From: Eledone cirrhosa
Lineage: Eukaryota
DNA: 64,000 bases
Direction: 5' to 3'
Assembly (NCBI GenBank): GCA_964016885.1
Contig: OZ024754.1
Location: 6,386,001-6,450,000, forward strand
Position 1 is the stretch's first letter, and the number at the start of each line of letters is the position of its first letter. The notes beneath the pieces are model-generated. The model ran no database searches. It saw only the letters and a program-made list of their open reading frames with translations, and was not told the origin of the DNA. A program made the translations under genes and the position numbers. Shown here in pieces: positions 29,331 through 44,229 of the stretch.

Positions 29331-29418
29331 CGGCTGACAGTTTCTGTACAGTGTCAGGGTTTCGTTTAACGTTCGTACATGACTCAAGTTCGAACACATT
29401 GTTGGTGTACATCAGGAT
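29331..29418 (-). CDS. Gyc88E: Atypical soluble guanylate cyclase (Gyc88E-like), first exon visible in window (PAS/H-NOBA)
   Basis: ttccag|ATC...GCCG|gtatgt; 88 nt; ILMYTNNVFELESCTNVKRNPDTVQKLSA; the TNNxFEL motif is typical of sGC PAS domains. Confidence 0.88.
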
Positions 29419-29487
29419 CTGGAATATCAAATAGGGAAAAAAGATTGAACAATGAAGTAATGAAGTGTGTATATATATATATATATG

Positions 29488-29564
<77 letters not shown>

Positions 29565-29565
29565 G

Positions 29566-29603
<38 letters not shown>

Positions 29604-29609
29604 ATATAG

Positions 29610-29646
<37 letters not shown>

Positions 29647-29690
29647 ATATATATATTATATATATATTATATATATTATATTATATATAT

Positions 29691-29721
<31 letters not shown>

Positions 29722-29754
29722 TATTATATATAATATATTTATATATAATATATA

Positions 29755-29785
<31 letters not shown>

Positions 29786-29930
29786 AATATATATTATATA
29801 TATATATATATATATAATTATATATATATATATATTATATATATATATATATATTATATTATATATTTGTATATATATAATATATATTGTATATATATTA
29901 TATATATATATATAGTATATATATATTATA

Positions 29931-29980
<50 letters not shown>

Positions 29981-30025
29981 GTATATATATATATAATAAT
30001 ATATATATATTATATTAATATTATA

Positions 30026-30069
<44 letters not shown>

Positions 30070-30083
30070 GTATATATATTATA

Positions 30084-30124
<41 letters not shown>

Positions 30125-30258
30125 ATATATATATATAATATATATATATTATATATATATTATATATATATATATAATATATATATATATATATTATATA
30201 TATATTGTATATATATATTTATATATATATATATAATATATATATATATTATATATAT

Positions 30259-30309
<51 letters not shown>

Positions 30310-30398
30310 GTATATATATATATATATATATATTATATATTATATATATATTGTATATATATATATATATAATATATATATATTATATATATATTATA

Positions 30399-30448
<50 letters not shown>

Positions 30449-30727
30449 GTATATATATATATATATAATATATATATAATATATATATATATTATATATA
30501 TTATATATATAATATATATATATTATATATATATTGTATATATATATATATATAATATATATATAATATATATATATATATTATATATATTATATATATA
30601 ATATATATATATTATATATATATTATATATATATAATATATATATATAATATATATATTGTATATATATATATATAATATATATATATTATATATATATA
30701 TATATTATATATATATATTATATATAA

Positions 30728-30914
30728 GGCGGTGGATTGGCAGTATCGGTAGAGGGTCGGACGCCATGCTTTCCAGCATAGTTACGTCCCTTTACGATCT
30801 GAGTTCAAATCCCGCCGAGGTTGACTTTGCCTTTCATCCTTACGGGGTCTATAAAATAAAGTACCAGTAATGCACTGGATAATTGCTGGCCTTGTGCCTA
30901 AAGTAGAAACAATT
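30728..30914 (+). mobile_element. tRNA-derived SINE, dominant family (representative copy)
   Basis: A box TGGCAGTATCGG, B box GAGTTCAAATCC, central CTTTCATCCTTACGGGGTC(G/T)ATAAA (Nin/Ceph-like domain, from memory); dozens of copies, e.g. 19415, 21420, 21651, 27444, 37245, 40146, 44228, 55522, 62358. Confidence 0.85.
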
Positions 30915-31058
30915 ATATATATATATATATAATATATATATAATATATATATATTATATATATATTATATATATATGTATATATATATGTATATATATAT
31001 ATAATATATATATATATATGATATATATATAATATATATATATTATATATATATATAC

Positions 31059-31093
<35 letters not shown>

Positions 31094-31120
31094 ATATATA
31101 TATATTATATATATATATAC

Positions 31121-31170
<50 letters not shown>

Positions 31171-32573
31171 ATGTATGTATGCATATATATATATGCACAT
31201 ATTTTATGACCCGGACATATATATATAACCTCGCACATACATATATATATATAAACTCTCTCTCACACACATATACTTTATTTCTTGAGTTTTACAACGA
31301 TTGTACCTTAGAGATTTAGTATTTCTGAAATTGTTGTTATAGCTTTAATTAATTAATTAAATTTTAATGAATAATTTAGCTGTTTCAGCATGACATACCT
31401 GGAGATTACGGGCAAGTATACTACAAAGCACACAAGACGATATTTTTATATATCAACCCTGAGTTTTTCGAACGACTTTAGTTTATATCTTGCTCAGTTC
31501 AACACTTTAGTTGTATGAAATAGTATACTGTTTGAATCAGTGAGAAAACAGCTGCGGTCATGACCCTTTCCAGACTGGTGTAGTTTGAAGGATATCTTCA
31601 AAAATATCTTGTGTTTTTTGTGTATCCTCGAGGAGTTAAAGTAGCCACGGGCAAACTGCGGCCCGTTTGTTTTTCTGAATGGCATGCTTGATTCCAAAAT
31701 TGTCTTGAATTAATATTTTTTGTAGTGTGACCCGCCTTATGATGAGCCACATCTTATGCGGCCCACTGCTCGAAAAAGGTTGCCTTAGAAGCTACTGTTA
31801 CGGTGATCTGGTCGACGTTTCTGTCATGCGTATCGAAACCTGAGGAACTATAGTAGAAACTAACGAGGGAGCATTGTTGTCGGACGTCCTTTTCGTTATT
31901 TGTACTTATATTTTTACCGAATCATAATACACGCAGAAGTAATATATTTCCCTAGAAGTATTATATATCTATTTTGTGTTATATATTCGAGAGACAACCA
32001 TTCGATTCTATTTTAGTCTTGCATGTTGACATATAAATGTATTTTGGGTATGATAATTGTGTAGATGAATGCGTGATGCTTTCTCTAACGATTGCTTTTG
32101 GGAAACAATCAAATCCTGACGGCTAATCACACATCGACGCGTTTACAAATATCTTTCTTTTTTTCCCACGGCGTTATTTCCATTTCCGATACACAGCACG
32201 AATAATCAACAACGTGAAACTGAAAGCAATGATTCGAAAAACTTCAGCTTCTAATAAAATATACAATCTTTATTTTATGTATTGAGTTCCCTTATTTTTA
32301 AAACGCCAACCTTCATCAACACCAAAATATCTTCACACACTTACATATACATAAATACACACGTGTGCACAGACACACACACACACACATACACATACAT
32401 AAATATACACGCGCGCGGATACTCACATAGACACACATACATATACATAAATACACACGCGCGCGCACACTCACACACACATATATATATATATATATAT
32501 AAACATCTACATATACACACGGACGCACAGAAACACATACTCATGCATATATATATATATATATATATGTATA

Positions 32574-32615
<42 letters not shown>

Positions 32616-32899
32616 GATATACACACATACACGCACACACACATATATAGACATACAGATATACACACATACGTATAATATATATATAGATATGTATATA
32701 TATAGGATCGATCGACTTTCGTCAAATCGGACCGAGGAAACAATGTTTCCGTTGGTCTTTCCAGTTACTAATACTATCTATCGGAGCAACGTGAAATAAA
32801 GTGTCTTGCTCAAGGACATAACGCATCGCCCGGTCCAGGAATCGAACTCACAACCTCAAGATTGTGAATCCAATTCTCTAACCACTCAGCCACACGCCT

Positions 32900-33268
<369 letters not shown>

Positions 33269-34473
33269 TCAAACACCCGCACAAAGATGTATAAAAGATA
33301 AAATAAATAAATAAAACAACCTGTTGAAGGTAATTAATGAAGATAATACCACAGATTAAGTCAAACAAACTGTTAGGCGGTGATTCTCAGCGGAGGGGGA
33401 TTATATCTATTTAATTAGGATGGGGAAAATGGAGCGGTTTAATATATTTCTGTAATGATATCACTCTATATTATCAATGATTCGATCGCTTCACTAACTT
33501 TCTCAATTAGTAAATATATCTAATGGAAATTCCTTTTTCGCTTTCTCACCATATAAAACTGATAACAGACAGTTATGATGGTTGCCATAATAATTTCACA
33601 GCTTAACATGCCAAGATGTGGGGGAGTAATAAAAACCCTTTATATTTCTTGCTAGAAGATTCTGCCTCTGGTATGAAATGTTAAAATGAAATTTATAGCT
33701 CACACCTGTGCAGGTGTAGTTGGTTTCACATGAGGTTGCATCTGTACAGAGGTATCTCGGAGTTTTTTAAATCCCGTCATGAGAAGCAATGTGAAATTAA
33801 GCATCCTTCTGAAGAACACAGCGCACCAGGAATTGCCCCAACGATCTTATATCCTTGAGTCCGCCCCACTAATCACTAAGTTCCTAGCCTTCACATCTCA
33901 TAGATGAAAGGAAGTTTTCACCTTGTAACTTATTAGAGAACATTCTCACACCCATACCGTTTACAGAGTGTACTAATGCTTTTACTCACCAAACAGACAT
34001 TATAATGCAAGTGAGGGCAGTAGATTTACAGAATCGGTAGAGCGTAGGACAACATGCTTTGTGGCATAGAGTTACGGCCCTTAACGTTCTGAGTTCAAAT
34101 AACGCCGAGGTTAGCGAAGTCTTTCATGCTTACGGGGTCGATAAAATAAAGTACCAGTAATTCACTAGGGTCGATTTATTCGACTTTCCCCTCCACCCAA
34201 GTGGGATTTAAGTGTGGGCTACTGTACTTGATACGGTAGACCAAGAATTTCTAAGAGTAACTCCCAACTGCATTCCATATCTAACTAATTACATAATTAA
34301 AATTACTCGGTTTACCACATCAAGTATGCCTGTACTCATATTACTGGACTGATATAGATATACCAGCTATAGTGTTGGCAATTTTAGACATAAAAGAATA
34401 GCAACGTTTGGAAAACGATATTTCTTTGTTAGACGAAACTAGGCAACGTGCCGCTTATAGTTAACTGATACAT

Positions 34474-35396
34474 AATACCGAGGTGGTTGATTTGGCAGAG
34501 CCGTAAGTACATTGAATGTTTGCTCAGGGTCTCTGAGTTCTGAGTTCAAATCCCACCAAATACCGAGGCGGATGATTTGGCAGAGCCGTAAGTACATTGA
34601 ATATCTGCTCAGGGTCTCTGAGTTCTGAGTTCAAATCCCACCAAATACCGAGGTGGTTGATTTGGCAGAGCCGTAAGTACGTTGAATATCTGCTCAGGGT
34701 CTCTGAGTTCTGAGTTCAAATCCCACCAAATACCGAGGCGGTTGATTTGGCAGAGCCGTAAGTTCATTGAATATCTGCTCAGGGTCTCTGAGTTCTGAGT
34801 TCAAATCCCACCAAATACCGAGGCGGTTGATTTGGCAGAGCCGTAAGTACATTGAATGTCTGCTCAGGGTCTCTGAGTTCTGAGTTCAAATCCCACCAAA
34901 TACCGAGGTGGTTGATTTGGCAGAGCCGTAAGTACGTTGAATATCTGCTCAGGGTGTCTGAGTTCTGAGTTCAAATCCCACCAAATACCGAGGCGGTTGA
35001 TTTGGCAGAGCCGTAAGTACATTGAATGTCTGCTCAGGGTCTCTGAGTTCAAATCCCACCAAATACCGAGGTGGTTGATTTGGCAGAGCCGTAAGTACAT
35101 TGAATATCTGCTCAGGGTCTCTGAGTTCAAATCCCACCAAATACCGAGGTGGTTGATTTGGCAGAGCCGTAAGTACATTGAATATCTGCTCAGGGTCTCT
35201 GAGTTCTGAGTTCAAATCCCACCAAATACCGAGGTGGTTGATTTGGCAGAGCCGTAAGTACATTGAATATCTGCTCAGGGTCTCTGAGTTCTGAGTTCAA
35301 ATCCCACCAAATACCGAGGTGGTTGATTTGGCAGAGCCGTAAGTACATTGAATATCTGCTCAGGGTCTCTGAGTTCTGAGTTCAAATCCCACCAAA
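34474..35396 (+). repeat. Tandem array of 85/78 bp SINE-head units (11 copies)
   Basis: TACCGAGG recurs at 34476, 34561, 34646...; each unit has TGGCAGAGCCG and GAGTTCAAATCC. Confidence 0.9.
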
Positions 35397-36384
35397 GTAC
35401 ATTTTTTTTGCCATCCATTCAGTCAAAAGCTGGTTGTAACTACGTTCTCTATCTTTCCCTCCCTCCCCCTCTCTCTCTTTCCAGCTTCTTCATCTTGGAT
35501 GTTCCGTTGGATGGAACGAGGGAAGGTTGATAGGATGTCCGCGCCTGCCAGCGACGGCATCAATATTTAAATCCCTTAATGATAGCCTGGTAAATTCTAC
35601 CAAGTCATACTCGATTGGGAATGGCTGCTGTACATGATACCTTAAACATATTTTACAATTGAAAAGGAAATAAATCCTGTTGTTGTTGTTGATGTTGCTG
35701 ATATTATTGTTGATGTTGTTGTTGTTGCTGTTATTGTTGTTGCTGTTGTTGTTGGTGTTGTTGATGTTGTTGCTGTTGATATTGTTGTTGATTTTGTTGC
35801 TGTTGTTGTTGTTGTTATTGTTGTTGTTGAGCAGAACTGATCAAAAACATTCCATTCAGATCACCAACTCTACTTTTTTTTTCAGGCTTGGATTGGATTA
35901 CATTATCTAATGAATCTCTTCCTTATTAAAGTCAATAAGGCGTGATTCGAAGGAGATTTGACTGCTATTTATAGCACGCCAAGTGACCACGTCAAGACTG
36001 TGTAATTGGCCTAATAAATATGAACCATTAATAAACTAGATACGACCGATCAATTAAACCCGCCGTCCTCCCTATTCAAAATAAACCTCTAGCGTATATC
36101 TATGAAAGAACTTATTCATTTGTACGTCAGCCAACAGAGAACAATTCATGTCACTTCCTGTACAATCTTCTGTCTGTAGTATAGTGAAAGTAGGCATGGA
36201 AAGTGTGAGTGTACTTTTATACCAATCAATTTTCTGGTCACAAAAGAGGACAAATCTTTAAAAGTGACACATCTATCTGTCTGTCTGTCTATCTGTCTCC
36301 CTGGCATATGTCCTGTATTATCTCCTTTTCTTGTGCGCCCCTGTGGCAAATAAAGAAATATATCTATCTACCTAACTATGTATG

Positions 36385-36431
<47 letters not shown>

Positions 36432-36479
36432 ATATCTATCTATCTATATCTATTGCCCTGGTGGCAAATAAAAAGAAAG

Positions 36480-36538
<59 letters not shown>

Positions 36539-37148
36539 CGTACTCCTGGAGATGAGGGTTGCACATTTTTTTCGGGGGTATGTGTTACCCATATAAACTG
36601 TCTCCCTCTATTGGGGAAAATCGATTAACTTTTTAAATTGCATCTGTGATAACATTTTACACGTTTTTATTGTATGTAAACTTCCCCCTTTGTATTTGTC
36701 CCCTTCTTTTGTGCCCCTGTGGCTAATAAAGAAATATATCTATCTATCTATCAATATCTATTGCCCCGGTGGCAAATAAAAAGAAAGTTATCTATCTATC
36801 TATCCCAGTCGTTTTTATGAAAGGTGGGTGAAAGTGGCGAGAATGGCCCGTGTGAATGGGCCTTCTCTTTACATAAGCCTGTAGGTGGAAAAGAGGAAGG
36901 AACGAGGGAGCACCCCCTCTCTGTGCTCCTGAGGAAAAGGGTTGCACACTTTTTTCGGGTGTGTGTGCGACCCCCCAAGGCGCCTCCTCTCTATTGAGGA
37001 TTTTGTTAAAAATTTTATTTTTTGTTATATCTTATTTTATTTTTATATTTTGTTATTGCCTCCTCCTTATTGAGGACGCCTTTTTGTGTAAACTCCCCCC
37101 TTTGTACTTGTCCCACTTTTGATGCCCTAGTGGCAAATAAAAGAAACA

Positions 37149-37220
<72 letters not shown>

Positions 37221-37467
37221 AATATCTATTATCTGTCTATCTAAGGGCGGTGGATTGGCAGTATCGATAGAGGGTCGGACGCCATGCTTTGCGGTATAGA
37301 ATTACGGTCCTTTACGGTCTGAGTTAAAATCTCGCCGAGGTTAACTTTGCCTTTCATTCTTACGGTGTCGATAAAATAAAGCACCAGTAATGTACTGGGG
37401 TCGATTTAATCGAATTTCCCCTCTCACCAAATTACTGGCCTTGTGCCTATACTAGAAATCATTATCA

Positions 37468-37527
<60 letters not shown>

Positions 37528-37722
37528 TTATATAAAGAGCTTCCGTTGTATTAATTACGTAGAGAGTTTGTCAAATAGAAGAAGCATACCTAGTCATAGA
37601 GTTCATTTCCGGCCAGGGATGCTATTTAAGGAAAGAGGTAAAGACTTTGTTTTCTATTCACATCAGTTATCAGATATAAAAGAATATCTATCTTTCTATC
37701 TATCTATCTCTCTCTCTCTTTC

Positions 37723-37831
<109 letters not shown>

Positions 37832-37900
37832 GTAGGAGGTGAGTTTTATTGTAGCACAATAAAGCAATGCAAATATCGGATAAGTAGCACTGGAGGATAA

Positions 37901-38045
37901 ATAATATAAGATCAAAAGATGGTTAAAAGAGTTAAAAGTTTTATATGATGAAAACGCAGATATCATCTCATGATGATATTTGTTTTTGAAATGCGCATAA
38001 TAAAATACTTGGAACTCTTTTAACCATCTTTTGATCTTATATTAT
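37901..38045 (+). ncRNA. Hammerhead motif with C3 mutated and stem I extended by 33 bp
   Basis: TTTTAT-ATGATGA-long stem II-GAAA-TGCGCA (palindrome)-TA-ATAAAA; outer inverted repeat 37901-37933/38013-38045. Confidence 0.6.
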
Positions 38046-38130
<85 letters not shown>

Positions 38131-39415
38131 CAGAGTCAGAGTCGTCAGCCGGATGCATTAACCCTCCACTGAGATCGTGATCGTCATCATCAACCTCCTC
38201 CTCCTCATCATCATCATCAACCTCCTCATCATCATCATCATCGTCATCATCATCATCATCGTCATCGTCATCGTCAACATCATCGTCATCGTCAAACATC
38301 ATCATCGTCATCATCATCATCATCGTCATCGTCATCATCAACATCAACCTCCTCATCGTCATCGTCATCGTCATCGACATCGTCATCGTCATCGTCATCG
38401 ACATCGTCATCGTCGTCAAATTGCCGGCTCGGTCCCTAAATTAGAACCCACCCACCAAAATTATAGGAAATGTCGCGAAAGAATCGAAACCAAGTTGAAA
38501 GTCTTCTTTGGTAATGATGGGACACAATGGTGTTGTTGTTGGTGTTGTGGTAGTGTTGTGGTAGTGTTGTGGTGGTAGTAGTGGTGTGGTATTGGTTGGT
38601 GTGGTAGTGGTTGTTGGGGTAAGTGTTGTGGTGGTAGTGTTGTGTGGTATTGGTTGGTGTGGTAGTGGTTGTTGTGGTAGTGTTGTGGTGGTAGTAGTGG
38701 TGTGGTATTGGTTGGTGTGGTAGTGGTTGTTGTGGTAGTGTTGTGGTAGTGTTGGGGTAGTGGTTGTTTGGGTACTGTTGTGCTAGCAGTGTTGTGGTAG
38801 TGGTGGTTGTGGCAGTAGTGTTGTGGTAGTAGTGTTGTGGTAGTGGTGGTTGTGGTAGTAGTGTTGTGGTAGTGGTGGTTGTGGTAGTAGTGTTGTGGGA
38901 AGTGTTGTGGTAGTGGTGGTTGTGGTAGTAGTGTTGTGGTAGTAGTGTTGTGGTAGTGGTGGTTGTGGTAGTAGTGTTGTGGAAAATAGTGTTGTGGTAG
39001 TGGTTGTTGGGGGTACTGTTGTGCTAGCAGTGTTAAAGATGGTTGGGGTGCTGTGGTAGTGGTTGTTGTGGTAGTAATGTTGTGGTAGTAGTGCTGTAGT
39101 AGTAGCGTTAAAGATGGTTTGGGTGCTTGTGGTGGTAGTGGTGTAGTATGATTGACGTGGTCGTAGTGTTCTGGTAGTGGTGGTAGTGTTGTAGTAGTGG
39201 TGTAGTATGATTGACGTGGTGGTAGTGGTAGTTGATCTTATATAGAAGAAGGACTGTTCTTTTACTGTGAATATTAATGGCGAGGTACCACGATGTTCTG
39301 CAGTAAAATTGTAATTAGAGAACAACAGATGATGAATATGGATTTGGCGGGAATAAAACTTAAAACAAGTCCCCCACCCCACATATGAACATATATCACT
39401 CTCTCTCTCTCTCTC

Positions 39416-39474
<59 letters not shown>

Positions 39475-39599
39475 CCGTATGTGTGTATACATACATATGT
39501 GTATATATATATATATATCATATATGTATATACACATACACACATGCATACATACATATATATTTATATATATACATATACGTATGTATACACACATAC

Positions 39600-39645
<46 letters not shown>

Positions 39646-39773
39646 AAAAGTCAACAAAGGAAAATAATGCAAGAGAACAGTACAATATAATGATGATATA
39701 TATTAGTTTAACACTTAACACAGCTGCAAAAGAATCTTAATATTTCGGACGCATGTCCTTCAGCGGAAAATAG

Positions 39774-39898
<125 letters not shown>

Positions 39899-40517
39899 TC
39901 TGTATGTGCGCGTGGATTGGTGTCCATACGAATGTGTGCTCATGCGCAGAATTTTTTTCATCCTGAATGGGAAGTAATAAGGATCAAAGTTCTAAAACAA
40001 TTACCTTCTTTTCACTACACTTAACAGACACTAAATCTCTCGCATTTTCTCACTTCTTTCTCGGCCTTTCACGTGGAAACCATTTTCTAATATGATTACC
40101 AGGATATTTATTTACAGACTTGTTATATAATATAATTAACTAGAAATAATTGTTTCTACTTTTTGGCACAAGGCCAGCAATTACCAAGTGCATTACTGGT
40201 ACTTTATTTTATCGACCCCGTAAGGATGAAAGGCAAAGTCAACCTCGGCGGGATTTGAACTCAAATCGTAAAGGGACGTAACTCTATGCTTCAAAGCATG
40301 GCGTCCGACCCTCTACCGATACTGCCAATTAGAAATAATTGTTTCTACTTTAGGCACAAGGCCAGCAATTACCCAGTGCATTACTGGTACTTTATTTTAT
40401 CGACCCCGTAAGGATGACGTACACACTCACACAGAGTGCCGTACATATATACACCCAGAATGACCGAAGACACAGAAAAACGATTAGAGAACACCCCCCC
40501 CCCCCTCTCTCTCTCTC

Positions 40518-40569
<52 letters not shown>

Positions 40570-40627
40570 TGTATATATGATGTATGTACACACAGACATA
40601 GACCCATTCACACATTTATATTGTATG

Positions 40628-40719
<92 letters not shown>

Positions 40720-40865
40720 CATTGGTGTACTTGTATGTTCCTATGCCTGTGTGTGTTTGTGCATGTGTGTCTGAACTTGTGTGTGCATGTCTCTCTTTGT
40801 ACGTTTGAGTCCTTATGTGTGTAAGTATGTCTGTGTGTGTTTGTGTGTGTGAAGAGGATAGATAG

Positions 40866-40904
<39 letters not shown>

Positions 40905-40955
40905 AAACGATAGATAGATTGATAGAGAGAGAGAGAGAGAAAAAACAATAGGCAA

Positions 40956-41056
<101 letters not shown>

Positions 41057-41487
41057 TGGGTACAAGCAAGAGGGTGGAGTCCTTTTTCCAATCACATAAC
41101 AGCTCATATATGAGATAGTGTAGAGATTACATCTAACGACCAGTGAACGAAACCTCAATTGAGCTGCCAAGCTTTCCTAATGAAACAATTGCAGAATAAC
41201 AACCACAGCAATGTACGACAGCTATAAGTCAAACATTGCCTCACTTCATAGTGACTTGACCTGCTGGAAATAGCAGCCAAAATCTCCTCTAATCCAGTCA
41301 TGTCGAAGTGTTAGTGAATTAACAGAATCGGTAGAGCATCGGATAACATGCTTTGTGCCATAAGGTCACGTCCCTTTTAAGATCTGAGTTCAAATCCTGC
41401 TGAGCAAAGCTAGCTTTGCCTTTAATCCTTACGAGGTCGATAAAATAAAGTACCAGCTATGTACTGGTACTAACGAATGGATTAGAG

Positions 41488-42403
41488 CAGGTGTGTCAAA
41501 CTGAGGGTCCCCCGAGGGTATGCGGCCCTTTACAAGCACACCTGCGGCCCGCACAAAGGTTTTTACAGCGCGAGAATTATAAAATAAAAAAAATTGTTGT
41601 ATGAGCGCAATTAGTTGTCGTGTGCGGCCCTCAGACGACACATATGTGACCCATGTGGCTCTCAGACAACACATGTGTGACCCATGTGGCCCTCAGACGA
41701 CACATATGTGACCCATGTGGATCTCAGACAACACATATGTGACCCATGTGGATCTCAGACAACACATTTGTGACCCATGTGGCCCTCAGACAACACATAT
41801 GTGACCCATGTGGCTCTCAGACAACACATATGTGACCCATGTGGCCCTCAGACGACACATATGTGACCCATGTGGCCCTCAGACAACACATGTGTGACCC
41901 ATGTGGCCCTCAGACGACACATATGTGACCCATGTGGCCCTCAGACAACAGATATGTGACCCATGTGGATCTCAGACAACACATATGTGACCCATGTGGC
42001 CCTCAGACGACACATATGTGACCCATGTGGCCCTCAGACAACACATGTGTGACCCATGTGGCCCTCAGACGACACATATGTGACCCATGTGGCTCTCAGA
42101 CAACACATATGTGACCCATGTGGCTCTCAGACAACACATGTGTGACCCATGTGGCTCTCAGACAACACATGTGTGACCCATGTGGCTCTCAGACAACACA
42201 TGTGTGACCCATGTGGCCCTCAGACAACACATATGTGACCCATGTAGCCCTCAGACAACAGATATGTGACCCATGTGGCTCTCAGACAACACATATGTGA
42301 CCCATGTGGATCTCAGACAACACATATGTGACCCATGTGGCCCTCAGACGACACATATGTGACCCGTGTGGCTCTCGAGGGACCCACAGTTTGATATGCC
42401 TGC
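41488..42403. mobile_element. hAT-like MITE containing a 31 bp minisatellite (about 24 copies, 41621-42375)
   Basis: TIR CAGGTGTGTCAAACTG / CAGTTTGATATGCCTG; subterminal GCGGCCC motifs; unit GTGGCCCTCAGACAACACATATGTGACCCAT. Confidence 0.7.
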
Positions 42404-43616
42404 TCTAATCCATTCGTTAGTACCAGTACATTACTGGTACTATATTTTATTGACCTCGTAAGGATGAAAGGCAAAGTTAACCTAGGCGGGATTTGAAGTC
42501 AGATCGTAAAGGGACGTGACCCTATGGCACAAAGTATGTTGTCCGACGCTCTACCGATTCTGCCAATTCACTAACTCTTTAAAATAAACAGTTTTGTATC
42601 GTATAAACCTAGGTCGGTTACAGGTAGTTCTGTATCAACAGAGTTAAATCAGTAGAGCGTATTTTGTGGGGACTTAGCATGGCCCAATGGTTAAGAGTGT
42701 CACTTCGCAGCCATCAGGTCCGTAGAATCTTGTGCAGGTGCAATTTACCATTTCCTGGTGTCGACCCATGCCTTGTGGGTGAAATTGCGTAATTGGTTGG
42801 ACGGAGACTGCTTAGAAGCCCGTCGGCTGGATTTACCTGTAATTCAAAGGTAAAAGCCTCGTCACATATTGTGTTACACTGAATCTCTGAGAATTACGTT
42901 AAAGGTACACGTGTCTGTGGAACGCTGAGCCACTTAAACGTTGATATCCCGAACATGGTGTTCGGTTGATCAAACAACTGGAACATTCATTATCGAAACC
43001 GACGGAGGACCACTCCAGATTATATTTTGAAGGACATGTGACTGTTATTTCTAGTAAGTTGAGTGATTATGTAAAGGCTCCCTCTCTTCGTGGTGATGAT
43101 GGTGGTGGTGGTAATGGTGATGGTGGTGTTGGTGGTGTTGGTGGTGGTGATGGTGGTGCTAGTGGTGGTGGTGGTGTTGGTGGTAGTGGTGATGGTGGTG
43201 TTAGTGGTAGTGGTGATGGTGGTGTTAGTGGTGTTGGTGTTAGTGGTGTTGGAGGTAACGGTGATGGTGGTGTTGGTGGTGGTGATGGTGGTGTTAGGGG
43301 TGGTAGTGGTGGTGGTGGTGTTGGTGGTAGTGGTGATGGTGGTGTTGGTGGTGGTGGGGATGTTAATGGTGGTGGTGTTGGTGTTGGTGGTAGTGGTGGT
43401 GGTGGTGTTGGTGGTAGTGCTAATGGTAGTGGTGTTGGTGTTGGTGGTAGTGGTGGTGGTGGTGGTAATGGTGGTGATGGTGGTGTTGGTGGTGGTGATA
43501 ATGGTGGTGGTGGTGTTAATGGTGGGAGGTTTGTAAGATAGAAAAATGATTTATGTCCGAGCTACTCAGATTTCATATCACTCTGAAAACACGAAAATAA
43601 TTACAATTCTCACAAG

Positions 43617-44229
43617 AATAATAAGAATAAGAATAAGAATGAGAATAAGAATAAGAATAAGAATAAGAATTGAGAATAAGAATAAGAATGAGAATAAGAA
43701 TGAGAATGAGAATAAGAATGAGAATAAGAATGAGAATAAGAATGAGAATGAGAATGAGAATAAGAATAAGAATGAGAATGAGAATAAGAATAAGAATAAT
43801 AATGAGAATGAGAATAAGAATGAGAATAAGAATAAGAATAAGAATAAGAATGAGAATAAGAATGAGAATAAGAATAAGAATAAGAATGAGAATAAGAATA
43901 AGAATAAGAATGAGAATAAGAATGAGAATAAGAATGAGAATGAGAATAAGAATAAGAATGAGAATGAGAATAAGAATGAGAATGAGAATAAGAATGAGAA
44001 TAAGAATAAGAATAAGAATAAGAATGAGAATAAGAATAAGAATGAGAATAAGAATAAGAATAAGAATGAGAATAAGAATAAGAATGAGAATAAGAATGAG
44101 AATGAGAATAAAAATAAGAATGAGAATGAGAATGAGAATAAGAATAAGAATGAGAATGAGAATAAGAATAAGAATGACATTGAGAATAAGAATAAGAATG
44201 ACATTGAGAATAAGAATAAGAATAAGAAT
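43617..44229. repeat. Hexamer array AATAAG/AATGAG, flanked by GGT-rich arrays (43090-43525, 44563-45068)
   Basis: Direct reading. Confidence 0.9.

Noticed and set aside
35486-35640. Open 49-codon minus-strand frame as a missing sGC exon
   Set aside because: No resemblance to H-NOX/PAS, weak acceptor, ends in a stop
38783-39496. Thr/Pro-rich mucin-like ORF
   Set aside because: Degenerate GGT/AGT repeat joined to (TA)n
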